The notes beneath the pieces were generated by a model that saw only the letters and a list, made by a program, of their open reading frames with translations, was not told the origin of the DNA and made no database searches. Shown one piece after another: positions 23,150 to 34,509 of a stretch of DNA of 34,788 nt; position 1 is the first letter of the stretch; each line of letters begins with the position of its first letter. The stretch comes from Octopus bimaculoides (taxonomy: Eukaryota), in assembly GCF_001194135.2 (NCBI RefSeq), contig NC_068988.1, positions 35,851,429 through 35,886,216 on the forward strand. Reading direction: 5' to 3'. The translations under genes were made by a program, and so were the position numbers.

Positions 23150-23220
23150 GATTTCATTCTTTTATTCTTTTACTTGTTTCACTCATTTGACTGCGGCCTT
23201 GCTGGAGCAAAACCTTTATA
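23150..23220 (-). mobile_element. Octopus SINE 3' tail
   Basis: Reverse complement: tgctccagcaaggccgcagtcaaatgagtgaaacaagtaaaagaataaaaga. Confidence 0.8.
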
Positions 23221-23739
23221 GTTTTTTCTTAATGTTTATTCTTTATATTGTCTTATATGAAATCAACTTTCGCATATGGTTATATTTCATCAGAGCAATT
23301 TAAATATTGTTCGAACTTGACACCATGTTCAGTCTCTTAACAGATTATATGATAAAAGATAATTATAACTACTTACTAACTATTGTTTTTTTAGGACACA
23401 CAAGCACACAAACCAATCACACATGTACTCTCTCGCTCTCTCATACACACACAAACACACACACATATATGTAGGCTTATTTGTGAGCATGCGTGTATAT
23501 GGCTATATGAATGGGTAGTCGCTAATAAATAAATGTCTATGAAAAATGGTTGGGGTTATATCAAAATCCGTAGTCGAAGCAGCAATAGGAAGAAAAATTA
23601 CACGTACATGAAATGACAGCCTCCACCATTCGTATAGTAGCACTAAAAATATATGAAGCCTGACCGCACGTTCAACAACGCACATTAACGAAATAGGTGG
23701 GGATCTGTCCTATGATACGAAGCATGTAACATTAGTAGC

Positions 23740-23781
23740 TGCACAGCTGCTGCTGCTGCTGCTGCAACTACTACTACTATT

Positions 23782-23846
<65 letters not shown>

Positions 23847-23849
23847 ATG

Positions 23850-23902
<53 letters not shown>

Positions 23903-23940
23903 CCGATGACGATGATGATGACGATAATGATCATGATGAT
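23740..23940. repeat. Compound microsatellite (GCT)-(ACT)-(AAT)-(GAT)
   Basis: Read directly. Confidence 0.95.
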
Positions 23941-26029
23941 GGCTTTACGGTCATAGGGGACATAATTCTAATTTTCTTTTCATTTCTTTTCTTTTTGTTC
24001 TTTTTCCGTTTTTCAAAAGAATAAATACTTTGCATTAATTCTTTTCATCTGTCTATGACTTGCATAAAACCTTAGCAATTTGGTTCTGGGAATTACACTG
24101 ATTCAGTTATTTCTCCAATGATTAAGCTGATTTTAAGAGACTTATTAATCTATAAAATATTTATGAACGAATACTATGTGTTAATTTGTGAAAATAGTCC
24201 TTTGTGGAATAAGAATATCAGCCTTGACACTAATACGCTGTTACCCCTTATTCCATCCTCTCGCAGTAGCCTATTTTTTCATTCTCTCTTCTTCTCATTT
24301 ATCTCTAGTTATCAATCTAGTCCGATTTAAAGAAATAAATTGGATATAGTACTGTAGTGTTTTCTGACACATTCACCTCTGACAGCATAGCCGGTTAAAC
24401 CTAACTAATTTCTCGGTCTGTTTTCGCCCTGTTCAATGATGCCTAACAAAGTGGCGTAATCCAGATTTTGCGGCATTTTTCACTTGAAGTAAATTGTTTC
24501 CTATAATATAATCGAAAGATTCATCAATAAAAATGCATCTGAAACAGCTGTAGTGAACCTTAAACACATTTGCTTTCTTATTTTATGCGAACACCATACT
24601 TGGAACGTCCCTATGTTGTATCTGGAAATTGAATTGGATCCTTAACCTACATGCGCTTGTGCATGGGCCTATATTTGCATATATAGGTATATTTATGTGC
24701 ATGTACATATATATGTAAGTTTGTGGATATGTACCTATATACTGACATTTATATGCGGATGTATTTGTATATGGTATATATACGTATGTACTGGACTCGA
24801 ACATTTGCTAGTGTCTTGAATGCTAAAATACCGTCATTCAAATGAATCCTATAATGAATTATATATGTGTATATTTGCATGTGTGTGTGCATGTATGCAT
24901 GTATGTATGTATGTACGAGTGTACGTGTGTATGTATGTATGAATGTATATAGGTAGGTAAATAATTAAGCTCGTTTCGTAACAGGATATCCCGTACTGAA
25001 TTAAAAACCTTGACACTGATAAACACATGCCTTTTGGCACTGAGTATATGTAGTATGTACAAACATTCGTGGAAGAACTCAATGGTAGACCTCAACGCTT
25101 TGTCACTCTCACTTTGCCTGAGTCTTACACTAAAATTTCGTATGTCTGGCCACACAGTTTAAGTAAAAAAATTATTTGATAATTCCGATATGGTAACACG
25201 TATGCTCTCATAGTCGAAACTGACGGTGATACACTAACTTTCATATGTAACACATGAAATGAAATTAAGCTTTGTGCATTCTCGTAGGGTTTATCAAACC
25301 TTCTTCAGTTTGACGATGCTCCTGGAAGGAGTGTTTATTGCTAAAATCTGTGTTATGCTTGCTTATTAGAGAGTTTTAAACAACATATAACTCAGATTTA
25401 GTGCCTTCCAGAGATATATTAATAGGAAGACACGTAACGAAATTTCTGAAAATCTTTGAGTTATTGTCATGCATCTTCAGAAATAAGAAATATGTTTTGT
25501 TGGTTGGTATTTAAACTAATGATATCAACTACTCGAAAATATTTTAAAATAAATAGTAAAACGAATTTAACGATATAGAATCATCACTATATGTACTGCT
25601 GTTACTGAAGCTATATAATTACACTTGCACTAAAACAAACACAAACAAACAAACAAACAAACACAGACGCACACACTTAGCCACACACACACACACACTT
25701 AGCCACACACACACACACATAGACACGCACGCAAATTTATTCAGATTAAAATGCAAGAAAACAGAAATTTCATAGATATGTGATATATGTAATACTTCGA
25801 AAAGCAGTTTCGTTTGTAATAGGCATGGTTAAAACTAAACTTCCTAATTAAGATGCATGATTAGTGAAATTTAATTTTGTGTACTGCCTCCCCACCCCCA
25901 AATCGTCTGGGATAGGCATTGATTGAAGTTGCGCGTGCGTGTGTATTTGAGAGCATGCATGTGCATGAAGGAGGCTGGTAACTTTGACATGTGCGTGTGT
26001 GCATGTGTAGGTGTGTGCATGAGGGGGTA

Positions 26030-26500
26030 TGTGCTGGGAAGTGGTCAGTGCTAGTGTGGTGTGGTGTAGGTACTGGGAAGTGCTAGTGCTAATGTGTGCG
26101 GGGTGGTGTGATGTGGTGTGATGTGAACGGAGGTGTGTGGTATGGTGGTGTGGTAGTGTGTGGTGTGGTGATGTGTGGTGTGGTATGGTGACGTCTGGTG
26201 TGGTGTGGGGGTGTTGGAGTGTAGGAGAGGCGTGAGTGGGAGAAGAAAGGGTGGGGGTCTAAGGGATGAGGCGGGGTGGGATGGCATGTATAGGGATGGT
26301 GGGGTTGGGTAATGAGGGAGGGGTGACGATGAAGGAGAGGGTGGAAGGGAGAAGGTGGGTTTGAGTGAAGAGAGGAAGTAGGTGTCAGAGCAAGAGAAGA
26401 GAGGTGGGGGAAGGTAGGTGTGAGAAGGAGTAGTGTGAAAGGAAGAGAGGGGGAGGGTTAGATGAAGAGGGGAGGAGGGTTGAGCCCATGTGGCGAAAAG
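26030..26500. repeat. GT-rich then purine/G-rich low-complexity tract
   Basis: gtgtg/gtggt pentamer-like repeats, then multiple GGG runs. Confidence 0.8.
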
Positions 26501-26525
26501 GAGCGATGAGAGAAGATTAATCATT

Positions 26526-26650
26526 GCTCACGGCAAAGACGGGAATCCGGATGGCCCCTGTGCAATGACAACCCGAACATAGACAGGTATTGTAAAGAGT
26601 GACCGGTAGAGCGGAAATGGCGCGAGACCGGAGTGTCGTTTGCGAGTCTG
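26526..26650. promoter_or_regulatory. Candidate CpG-rich housekeeping-type promoter / first exon
   Basis: About 11 CpG in about 120 nt against a CpG-poor background. It contains cggaaatggcg (ETS-like + YY1-like), the reverse-strand cggtcactct (Ohler motif-1-like), and a minus ATG at 26580 with a C|GTGAGC donor at 26532/26531. Confidence 0.4.
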
Positions 26651-27360
26651 ATGTCTGTATACTTATTTAAAATGAAAATAGTTTTTAAACCATTAAATCA
26701 TGATATACATGTGGAATTTATGTTTTTCTTTTGTCTTTTAATCTCAATATGCGTTGCTGATAAGGAACGTCTTACTTGATTATTTGTATACATGTACCCT
26801 TCTTTCGGAATTTAGCGATTTGGTTTTATTATTTATTATTTATTTTAAAAATATTTTCTAGTAGTTGATATCATTACTTTAAATACTGACCATCGAAAAA
26901 TATTTCTCATTTCTGATAATGCATGACAATAACTCAAAGATTTTATGTGTATATGCATGTATAAATACATAGACATACATATGCATATATATATATATAT
27001 ANNNNNNNNNNNNNNNNNNNNNNNNNNNNNNNNNNNNNNNNNNNNNNNNNNNNNNNNNNNNNNNNNNNNNNNNNNNNNNNNNNNNNNNNNNNNNNNNNNN
27101 NNNNNNNNNNNNNNNNNNNNNNNNNNNNNNNNNNNNNNNNNNNNNNNNNNNNNNNNNNNNNNNNNNNNNNNNNNNNNNNNNNNNNNNNNNNNNNNNNNNN
27201 NNNNNNNNNNNNNNNNNNNNNNNNNNNNNNNNNNNNNNNNNNNNNNNNNNNNNNNNNNNNNNNNNNNNNNNNNNNNNNNNNNNNNNNNNNNNNNNNNNNN
27301 NNNNNNNNNNNNNNNNNNNNNNNNNNNNNNNNNNNNNNNNNNNNNNNNNNNNNNNNNNNN

Positions 27361-27407
<47 letters not shown>

Positions 27408-27503
27408 GTATACATGTATGTATATATATATGTATGTATATATACATATATATACATACATACTTATATACACATATATATATATGCATACACACACATA
27501 CAG

Positions 27504-27538
<35 letters not shown>

Positions 27539-27934
27539 AACAAAATAGAGTGAAAAACTACAGAAGACTTACGTTATATGGTTAAAGCATATATTTGAAT
27601 CGTTATATTAGAAAAACATTATAAAACTTTGTGTATAGTAACTTTGTTTTGGGAGAAATAACCGGTTTCGTATTTTCTTTACAAATTTCTCAAATTGCTT
27701 TACCGATCTTGTGTCATCTCTTTGCTATGATTTGAATTATGAGAGTTCCAGACAGGGGAAAGTAATCAGGAATTCTTTCGGTAAAAGGGAGATAATCAAA
27801 AATGTTAACATTTTTCTAACATAACGAATTAAATATATCCTTTAACAATATAACACACGTATTCTGTATTTTTTCCACTTTATTCTCTCTTTTATACAAT
27901 CCAATCACGTGCTTTCAGATACCAACTCTCTCTC

Positions 27935-28555
27935 ACGCATAAGATGTGCTCCTGGATTCAGAGAACTTTCCCGTCTACTGATGCCTACACAATCATCTTT
28001 ATCTACTCTACTTTTGCCCGACCCCACCTTGAATATTGTTGCCCACATTAGTCACCCCATACGAAACAACTCATTATGAAAGTGGAAGCACTCCAAAAGT
28101 CAATAACAAGAAAGATATATGGCATCGACTAAAAAGCTCATTCTATACTCTCTCTAACGCCGCCGGGAGCGCTACATCATTTGTGTGACGTTACAAATCT
28201 TACATCAATATTGCACAAATGATGTTGTCATCAATTTTAAAATCTAAAAGACTTGGTGTCCGCGCTCTCCACCCACTACACACTTGAACTCAGGAGACAT
28301 AACAATATTACTTCATAACTACTTTACCTCATCTGGTCCAGCTATCTTTAATACCACACCAAAGTATGTTAAAACGGAAACAGGTCCCATAAAATTCAAA
28401 AGTTCACTCGATAAATTTCTTCATAAAACCCCGAACAAACCTCCTACACCCGGTTATGTCTCCAACAATAAAACCTCTTTGCAAGAGAGGGCCATGGTGT
28501 GTTATTAATTCAGACATGGCCTGGGCCTATACTGGCCGAAACTTATCAAAGTTAT
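27935..28555 (+). mobile_element. CR1-group LINE 3' end
   Basis: MCSWIQRTFPS..IYSTFARPHLEYCCPH*SPHTKQLIMKVEALQKSIT, SL*RRRERYII, SSGPAIFNTTPKYVK..FKSSLDKFLHKTPNKPPTPGY. Confidence 0.88.
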
Positions 28556-28629
28556 ATATGTATATATGTATGTATATATGTATGTACGTATGTATGTATG
28601 TATGTATGTATGTATGTATGTATTAATGT

Positions 28630-29520
28630 TTCTATTAGTTACTGGTAATTTAATATTGTAATGGTGATATATTAATGAGTATGTAATATTTTATTTGTAA
28701 CTTGAATGATGAAAAAAGGTATTTCACTCATAATTATTACATTATTACTTAAATTAATTTCAATCAAGTTTGTTTTGTTTTGGAAAGATTTATATAAAGC
28801 TTTAACTTTTATTATAGTCGTAACTATGGAAAACTGGTGGGATTGTCATATGTATGGACTTAAAGAATTGACACGATTTAGCATATAATTTAGTTATACA
28901 ATGTACATTGGTTTATATCTTTCTGTTGTAGTTTTATTAAAGTTAGTGTTTAATCCTGTCTATAAATTGATTGATTGAATGGATGTGGTTATTAAGCTTT
29001 CACTTTTATATTATACTATGGAAGATAGTCGGTATTATGATTTTTGTTTGACTTAATACATCGGTTGCTGTTTAGTTACGTATTGAGTAGGTTGTAATTT
29101 ACTTATTCAATTAATTTACCAATACGGTTATGCATAGAGTAAATGTGTTTGAAAGTTGTGGTTTCTTTGGTTTAATTGTTCCCAAACAAAACTTATTTTA
29201 GTGCTGTTGACACCGCCAGATTGAATGGTACTGCCCAGGTATCGAAACCATAATGATACACGTGGGACAGCTGATGATGGAAGTATGTTGGGTTGTTGGC
29301 GTAGCTGTTTTTGTATATGTGGGAAGTTTTATAACACATCCTTCTGTCATACCGGCCATCACGAAGAGAAATAGCCCTGAAACTCGAGTCGCCTTTATCT
29401 ATTTATATTTATATATTTGATCCTTTATATTGAACACTCAATATTTCATCTACATTCAATACTTTCTTTCATGGTGCCATCCATTTTTATTTTATTTTAT
29501 TTTATATTATATATTGTATA
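28630..29520 (-). mobile_element. Probable decayed Penelope-like 5' region (N-terminal ORF + pseudo-LTR)
   Basis: A stop-riddled minus frame, PFNLAVSTALK..KETTTFKHIYSMHNRIGKLIE*VNYNLLN..PHPFNQSIYRQD..LIKLQQKDINQC, begins next to a GC-richer segment carrying ctgatga and gaaactcgagtc. Confidence 0.4.
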
Positions 29521-30099
29521 TTATATTATATATTGTATATTCCATATTCCATATTCTATACCCCGCATTGGTTCTGCAGGAATATAAATAAAACATAAAA
29601 AACAGACAGTGTTGGAACTCTTTTAAACAAAATAATATATTCCTCTATACACAATCATACAAAAAANNNNNNNNNNNNNNNNNNNNNNNNNNNNNNNNNN
29701 NNNNNNNNNNNNNNNNNNNNNNNNNNNNNNNNNNNNNNNNNNNNNNNNNNNNNNNNNNNNNNNNNNNNNNNNNNNNNNNNNNNNNNNNNNNNNNNNNNNN
29801 NNNNNNNNNNNNNNNNNNNNNNNNNNNNNNNNNNNNNNNNNNNNNNNNNNNNNNNNNNNNNNNNNNNNNNNNNNNNNNNNNNNNNNNNNNNNNNNNNNNN
29901 NNNNNNNNNNNNNNNNNNNNNNNNNNNNNNNNNNNNNNNNNNNNNNNNNNNNNNNNNNNNNNNNNNNNNNNNNNNNNNNNNNNNNNNTATATATATATAT
30001 ATGCATATATGTGTGTGCGTGCGTGTGCGTATTTATATATATGTATGAATATATGTATGCAAATATATGTATATGTATATTGTATCTTTTACGTCAGAT

Positions 30100-30438
30100 A
30101 TTTGACTGCAAACAAGCTGGAACACCGCCTTCAGTCGAACAAATTGACCACAGAACATATTCTTTGTAAAACTAGTACTTATTCTATCGATCGCTTTTGC
30201 CGAACTGGTGAGTTACGGGGACGTAAACACACCAACATCGTTTGTCAAGCGATGGTTGGGTGACAAACACACTAATATACATACACACACACACACACAA
30301 ATACACACATATATATTTCCATCTACCAAATTCACTCACAAGGCTATAGAAGACACGTGCGCAAACTGCCATGCAGTGGGACGGAACCCGGAACCATACG
30401 GTTGGTAAGCAAACTACTCACTACACAGCCACTTCTGC
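30100..30438 (-). mobile_element. Near full-length octopus tRNA-derived SINE
   Basis: Reverse complement: gcagaagtggctgtgtag (A box)..ggttccgggttccgtccc (B box)..gtgtcttctatagccttgtgag..(GT)n..ccatcgcttgacaaacgatgttggtgtgtttacgtccccgtaac..gatagaataagtact..gaaggcggtgttccagc..gcagtcaaat. Confidence 0.92.
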
Positions 30439-30704
30439 ACCTATATATGTAGAAATGTATATATATATATATATATATATATACTCAAGGAGAGAGGTGG
30501 GAGAGGTAGAAATTCAGAAGGAGCACGTCTGTGCTTGTGTGATTGCGTTTAATCTCATATATGGTTACTTGGCGGTGGTCCACCAGGCCACCAAGGACAC
30601 ATACATCATTCAATGTAATTCGATTGATATTCGATTTGTGATAGAAGTTAATTTTCTTTTGTTTCCAGTTCTAGTAACTGGACAGGAAGCAACATTGCAC
30701 TTAC

Positions 30705-30817
30705 CTGACGAAATATCTATTACTACCCAACAATGCCTCGCAATGCATGCTTTGTTGTGAGGCCCTTTGCGTATGGCAAGTTTTCTGTCTTCGCAATCGA
30801 TAAATGTGTCCGTGATG
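30705..30817 (-). other. Candidate isolated exon (113 nt), product unknown
   Basis: Acceptor ttttgattag and a perfect CAG|GTAAGT donor. Two frames are open; one gives ITDTFIDCEDRKLAIRKGPHNKACIARHCWVVIDISS. No homolog recognised. Confidence 0.3.
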
Positions 30818-30861
30818 CTAATCAAAAGTTATGTGTTTCTGATAGATTTTTTTACTTGTTC

Positions 30862-30909
<48 letters not shown>

Positions 30910-30942
30910 ACAATAATAATAATGATAATGATGATGATGATG

Positions 30943-31002
<60 letters not shown>

Positions 31003-31140
31003 GAGGACAGTAGTTTAAAGAGCACCACTGCCATCATCACACATAACGATATTAATACTGATGATTATGATGATTATGATGTTGATGTTAATGATGATTA
31101 TGGTTATGATGATCGTGATGATCATGATGTGACTACGATG
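30862..31140. repeat. (GTA)-(AAT/GAT) compound microsatellite
   Basis: Read directly. Confidence 0.95.
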
Positions 31141-31295
31141 ATAGCGTCACTGGTGATTTTGCTTATTTGCAATGTCTCGGTTGGAGTGAACAGTACACGC
31201 TGATAACAATGTGTGCGGCCTTCCATAACATCAGATGAGGAGAAATGAAATGAGACTAACACAGTGGATAAGTAAAATCTAAATTATCATTGCGG

Positions 31296-31390
<95 letters not shown>

Positions 31391-31529
31391 GCTACCGCCG
31401 CCACACCACCTCCGACGCTGCTGACGCTGCTGACGCTGCCGACGCTGCTGACGCTGCCGACGCAACCACCACNNNNNNNNNNNNNNNNNNNNNNNNNNNN
31501 NNNNNNNNNNNNNNNNNNNCATCACCACC

Positions 31530-31622
<93 letters not shown>
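31296..31622. repeat. (CTA)-(CTG)-9-mer (gacgctgct)-(CCA)-(CTA)-(ATA) compound repeat spanning a gap
   Basis: Read directly. Confidence 0.93.
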
Positions 31623-31623
<1 letters not shown>

Positions 31624-31699
31624 TCTGGTTTTTACACAAAACAACGAGTAAGCAATTCAGAAAACAATAGCGATAAACATCAAACAAAAAAATTAAAAC

Positions 31700-32835
31700 A
31701 ATGAGATTTCCCCAATAGAGTGGATGACCACGCAGGGTTGGCTTAGGTACCCCACGAATCCTGAACCACCCTATGCTTCGAGGGTACACAGGAAGGGTGC
31801 ACCTCTCCTGAAATTCACCAGCCTACAAGCCTACTATTATAGTAGGCTGCTCACACGGGTCATTTTCGCTACATTCACTCAACTTTCAGCAAATGTACTG
31901 GGAGTATCACTTCACTCTCCTCTCTCATCTTCCTCTCCAGGTGAAGTTTGAAAATTTGATGAGAGATTGGCCGAAGACAAAAGTGTCCTCGTCCATCGAA
32001 CAACCGTTTTCGCTACTGCTACCAGAGAGAGGAAAATTGCCTGCTTTCCTGACCAAAGGAAAGCGACAGGTCAACCTTCACTATGAACTCAGTCGATAGC
32101 CGGATCCATCTTACACACAACAACAACTGTCCGGCATAACTCCATAAGTCAGTAATGCAGAGACAAGAGACGAGTGCGTGCAGAAAGATTTCGTCGCTGG
32201 GGCAAGGCCTATTTGACAAACAGTGACCACAGGTATGCACCGTTTACGCAGAATGTCTGGAGATACTGCGGCCTCAGCGCATATCTACGTTCATTAGCCA
32301 CGACATCCCCAACTCTCCACGTAGAAGGACCACCGTACCACGGAACCTGTCCTCTCCACAAGAATTTGAAGAGGAGGCGCTCCAACTTGGTGATGCGCGA
32401 ATGGAGACAAGGCACGAGGGTTGTAGATGATGGACGTGATATACGCATTCGCCGCCTCTGCCTGACCTTTCAATGACAAATTTCTCGCAGCTCATTACTG
32501 GATGAAACTAGCTACCCTGCTCGTCACCTCAACCCAACTCTTATCGACCGGTGTCTCTGGTCGGAACCAAACCCTACCGACATTTCCTGGTTAAATTTTG
32601 CTCCTGTCAACTTTTCATATTCCTCCAATGATGTGCCGACGACCTCGATTTCTGATGTGTTCGAAACCATCACGGTGACGTCGTCCTCATAATCCGACAC
32701 AGCCCTTCCGCATCCTGGTTCAAGTGGTATACTCCGTGGCAGCTCCAGCTTCCGCAGTAAAGGCTCAAGAGTCAATACGTAAATAATGGAGTAGAGAGGG
32801 CACCCTTGACGCACCGAAAGGAGATCTGAAGCGGT
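31700..32835 (-). mobile_element. Tx1/L1-clade LINE, 3' part of ORF2 + 3' UTR, degenerate
   Basis: SVRQGCPLYSIIYVLTLEPLLRKL, VSDYEDDVTVMV, EEYEKLTGAKFNQEMSVG, LSLKGQAEAANAYITSII, LERLLFKFLWRG, C-terminal CPSDEIFLHALVSC, HLERKMREE. Confidence 0.9.
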
Positions 32836-32943
32836 TCCATGAGGTGGCCATTAAAAATTTCCACTGACACTGTTTCGGTTATTGCTGGAAGCGGAACTTG
32901 TACAGGTATAATCATACATCTCTTTACATGTCACATTGTGTCA

Positions 32944-33008
32944 TCAGTAGTAGTAGTAGTAGTAGCAGTAGTAGCAGTAGTAGCAGTAGTAGCAGTAGTA
33001 GTAGCAGC

Positions 33009-33103
<95 letters not shown>

Positions 33104-33113
33104 CAGTAGTAGC

Positions 33114-33151
<38 letters not shown>

Positions 33152-33185
33152 CAGTAGTAGTAGTAGTATTAGCAGTAGTAGTAGT
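32944..33185. repeat. (GTA/GCA)n microsatellite
   Basis: Read directly. Confidence 0.97.
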
Positions 33186-33199
33186 TTCCAGTTCTTCCA

Positions 33200-33900
33200 T
33201 GCGAGGACTTCATTCTAACTGTACATCAGTGCTATTGCTTACTGTGTAGTACTGCCTTTCAAGTATTGATACTTGTTTCGTCTATCCATGATCAAGAAAA
33301 TCCATGAGGAAATATATGCTAGCTGCGACTATACACATATTCCAACAAATGTTTATCGCAGATTATGTTTATTCAATATATTGTCTCTTTATATATATAG
33401 TTGTGAGAACATCGTTCGGCAGATATTTTGCTGATGTTTACCAGATAATTTAATTTTCTCTCCATTTTTGCTATTCATTTACTTGTCGGATAGCGAAAAT
33501 TAAAACTGCAAGTTATTAATGTGGAAGAGAGAGAGTATTGATGTTTGTTTCACAATGTCTGCATTTAGCATTCTGCTTTACATATCAACTTAATACATGT
33601 ATAATCTTTTCTTCTTTTTCTGTTTTTAACACTGTCTGCTCATTTGATTCCTGGATATTTGAACGTTGCACTTGTTGCGATTCTCTTAACTAAGTTTTCT
33701 TTTATCTAGCATGATATTAGTGTTCTTAAATATAATAATTCTATTCGAGGTTTCTATGCATTTTATTTCTAGTTTGATTCTCACGTCATTTTCCATTATA
33801 AATGACACTGTGAAACACTAGAGTTTCTAGTCCTTCATCATACAATCGGTTTTTTTGGTCTTCCATTTATAACATTTGCTTTCGAGTCTAGTTCTATTTA
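33200..33900 (-). mobile_element. Very old R4/Dong-type C-terminal remnant
   Basis: Minus: KCRHCETNINT..LAVLIFAIRQVNE*QKW (CCHC/RHNxV remnant) and IFLIMDRRNKYQYL (RLE remnant). Confidence 0.4.
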
Positions 33901-33961
33901 ATGCGTAAATAGTGATAGTACCTAGGGCTATCACCATTGGATATTTTGAAAATTATCATCG

Positions 33962-33994
33962 TCATTGCCGTCGTCGTCGTCGTCGTCGTCGTCG

Positions 33995-34026
<32 letters not shown>

Positions 34027-34064
34027 CTTCTTCTTCTTCTTCTTCTTCTTCTTCTTCTTCTTCT
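33962..34064. repeat. (GTC)-(GTT)-(CTT) compound microsatellite
   Basis: Read directly. Confidence 0.97.
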
Positions 34065-34372
34065 AGTATTCGAGCGATTTCAAGCAGTGCTGTTTTCCGC
34101 AAGTGTTCTACCCTTATTGCAGCGCCTACTTGTGCCATCTACTTCTCGAGATTTTTACTCATTGTTCCCAGGGTTCCGACAATTATTAGTACCACTCCCA
34201 CCTTTGTCATAGACCACAATTGCTTTACTTCCCAAGCTAACCTGTCATACCTATCGACGTTTCCTTCTTCCTTATTGCATACTTTGTTGTCAGCTGGGCA
34301 TGCTATATCTATGATCTAGCATAGTTTGCTTTCTTTCAAAAGTAAGACTATGTCTGGCTTCCTATTGAAGAT
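34065..34372 (-). mobile_element. R4/Dong RLE domain fragment (copy Y)
   Basis: NRKPDIVLLLKESKLC*IIDIACPADNKVCNKEEGNVDRYDRLAWEVKQLWSMTKVGVVLIIVGTLGTMSKNLEK..LRKTALLEIARIL, a PD-(D/E)xK-type RLE. Confidence 0.9.
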
Positions 34373-34509
34373 ATTGTGTCTACAGGGGGTTTGCACTGTT
34401 TGCCAAGTCACAACATGGACCTCAGCCAATTCATACATTATGCATTATGCGTGCAGTTACAAGTAATACGGACTTTTGCAATAAATCTAGATTGTAGGAT
34501 ATCTCTAAA
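34373..34509 (-). mobile_element. R4/Dong extreme 3' end + UTR (copy X)
   Basis: LEISYNLDLLQKSVLLVTARIMHNV*, then gaggtccatgttgtgacttg... Confidence 0.75.
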
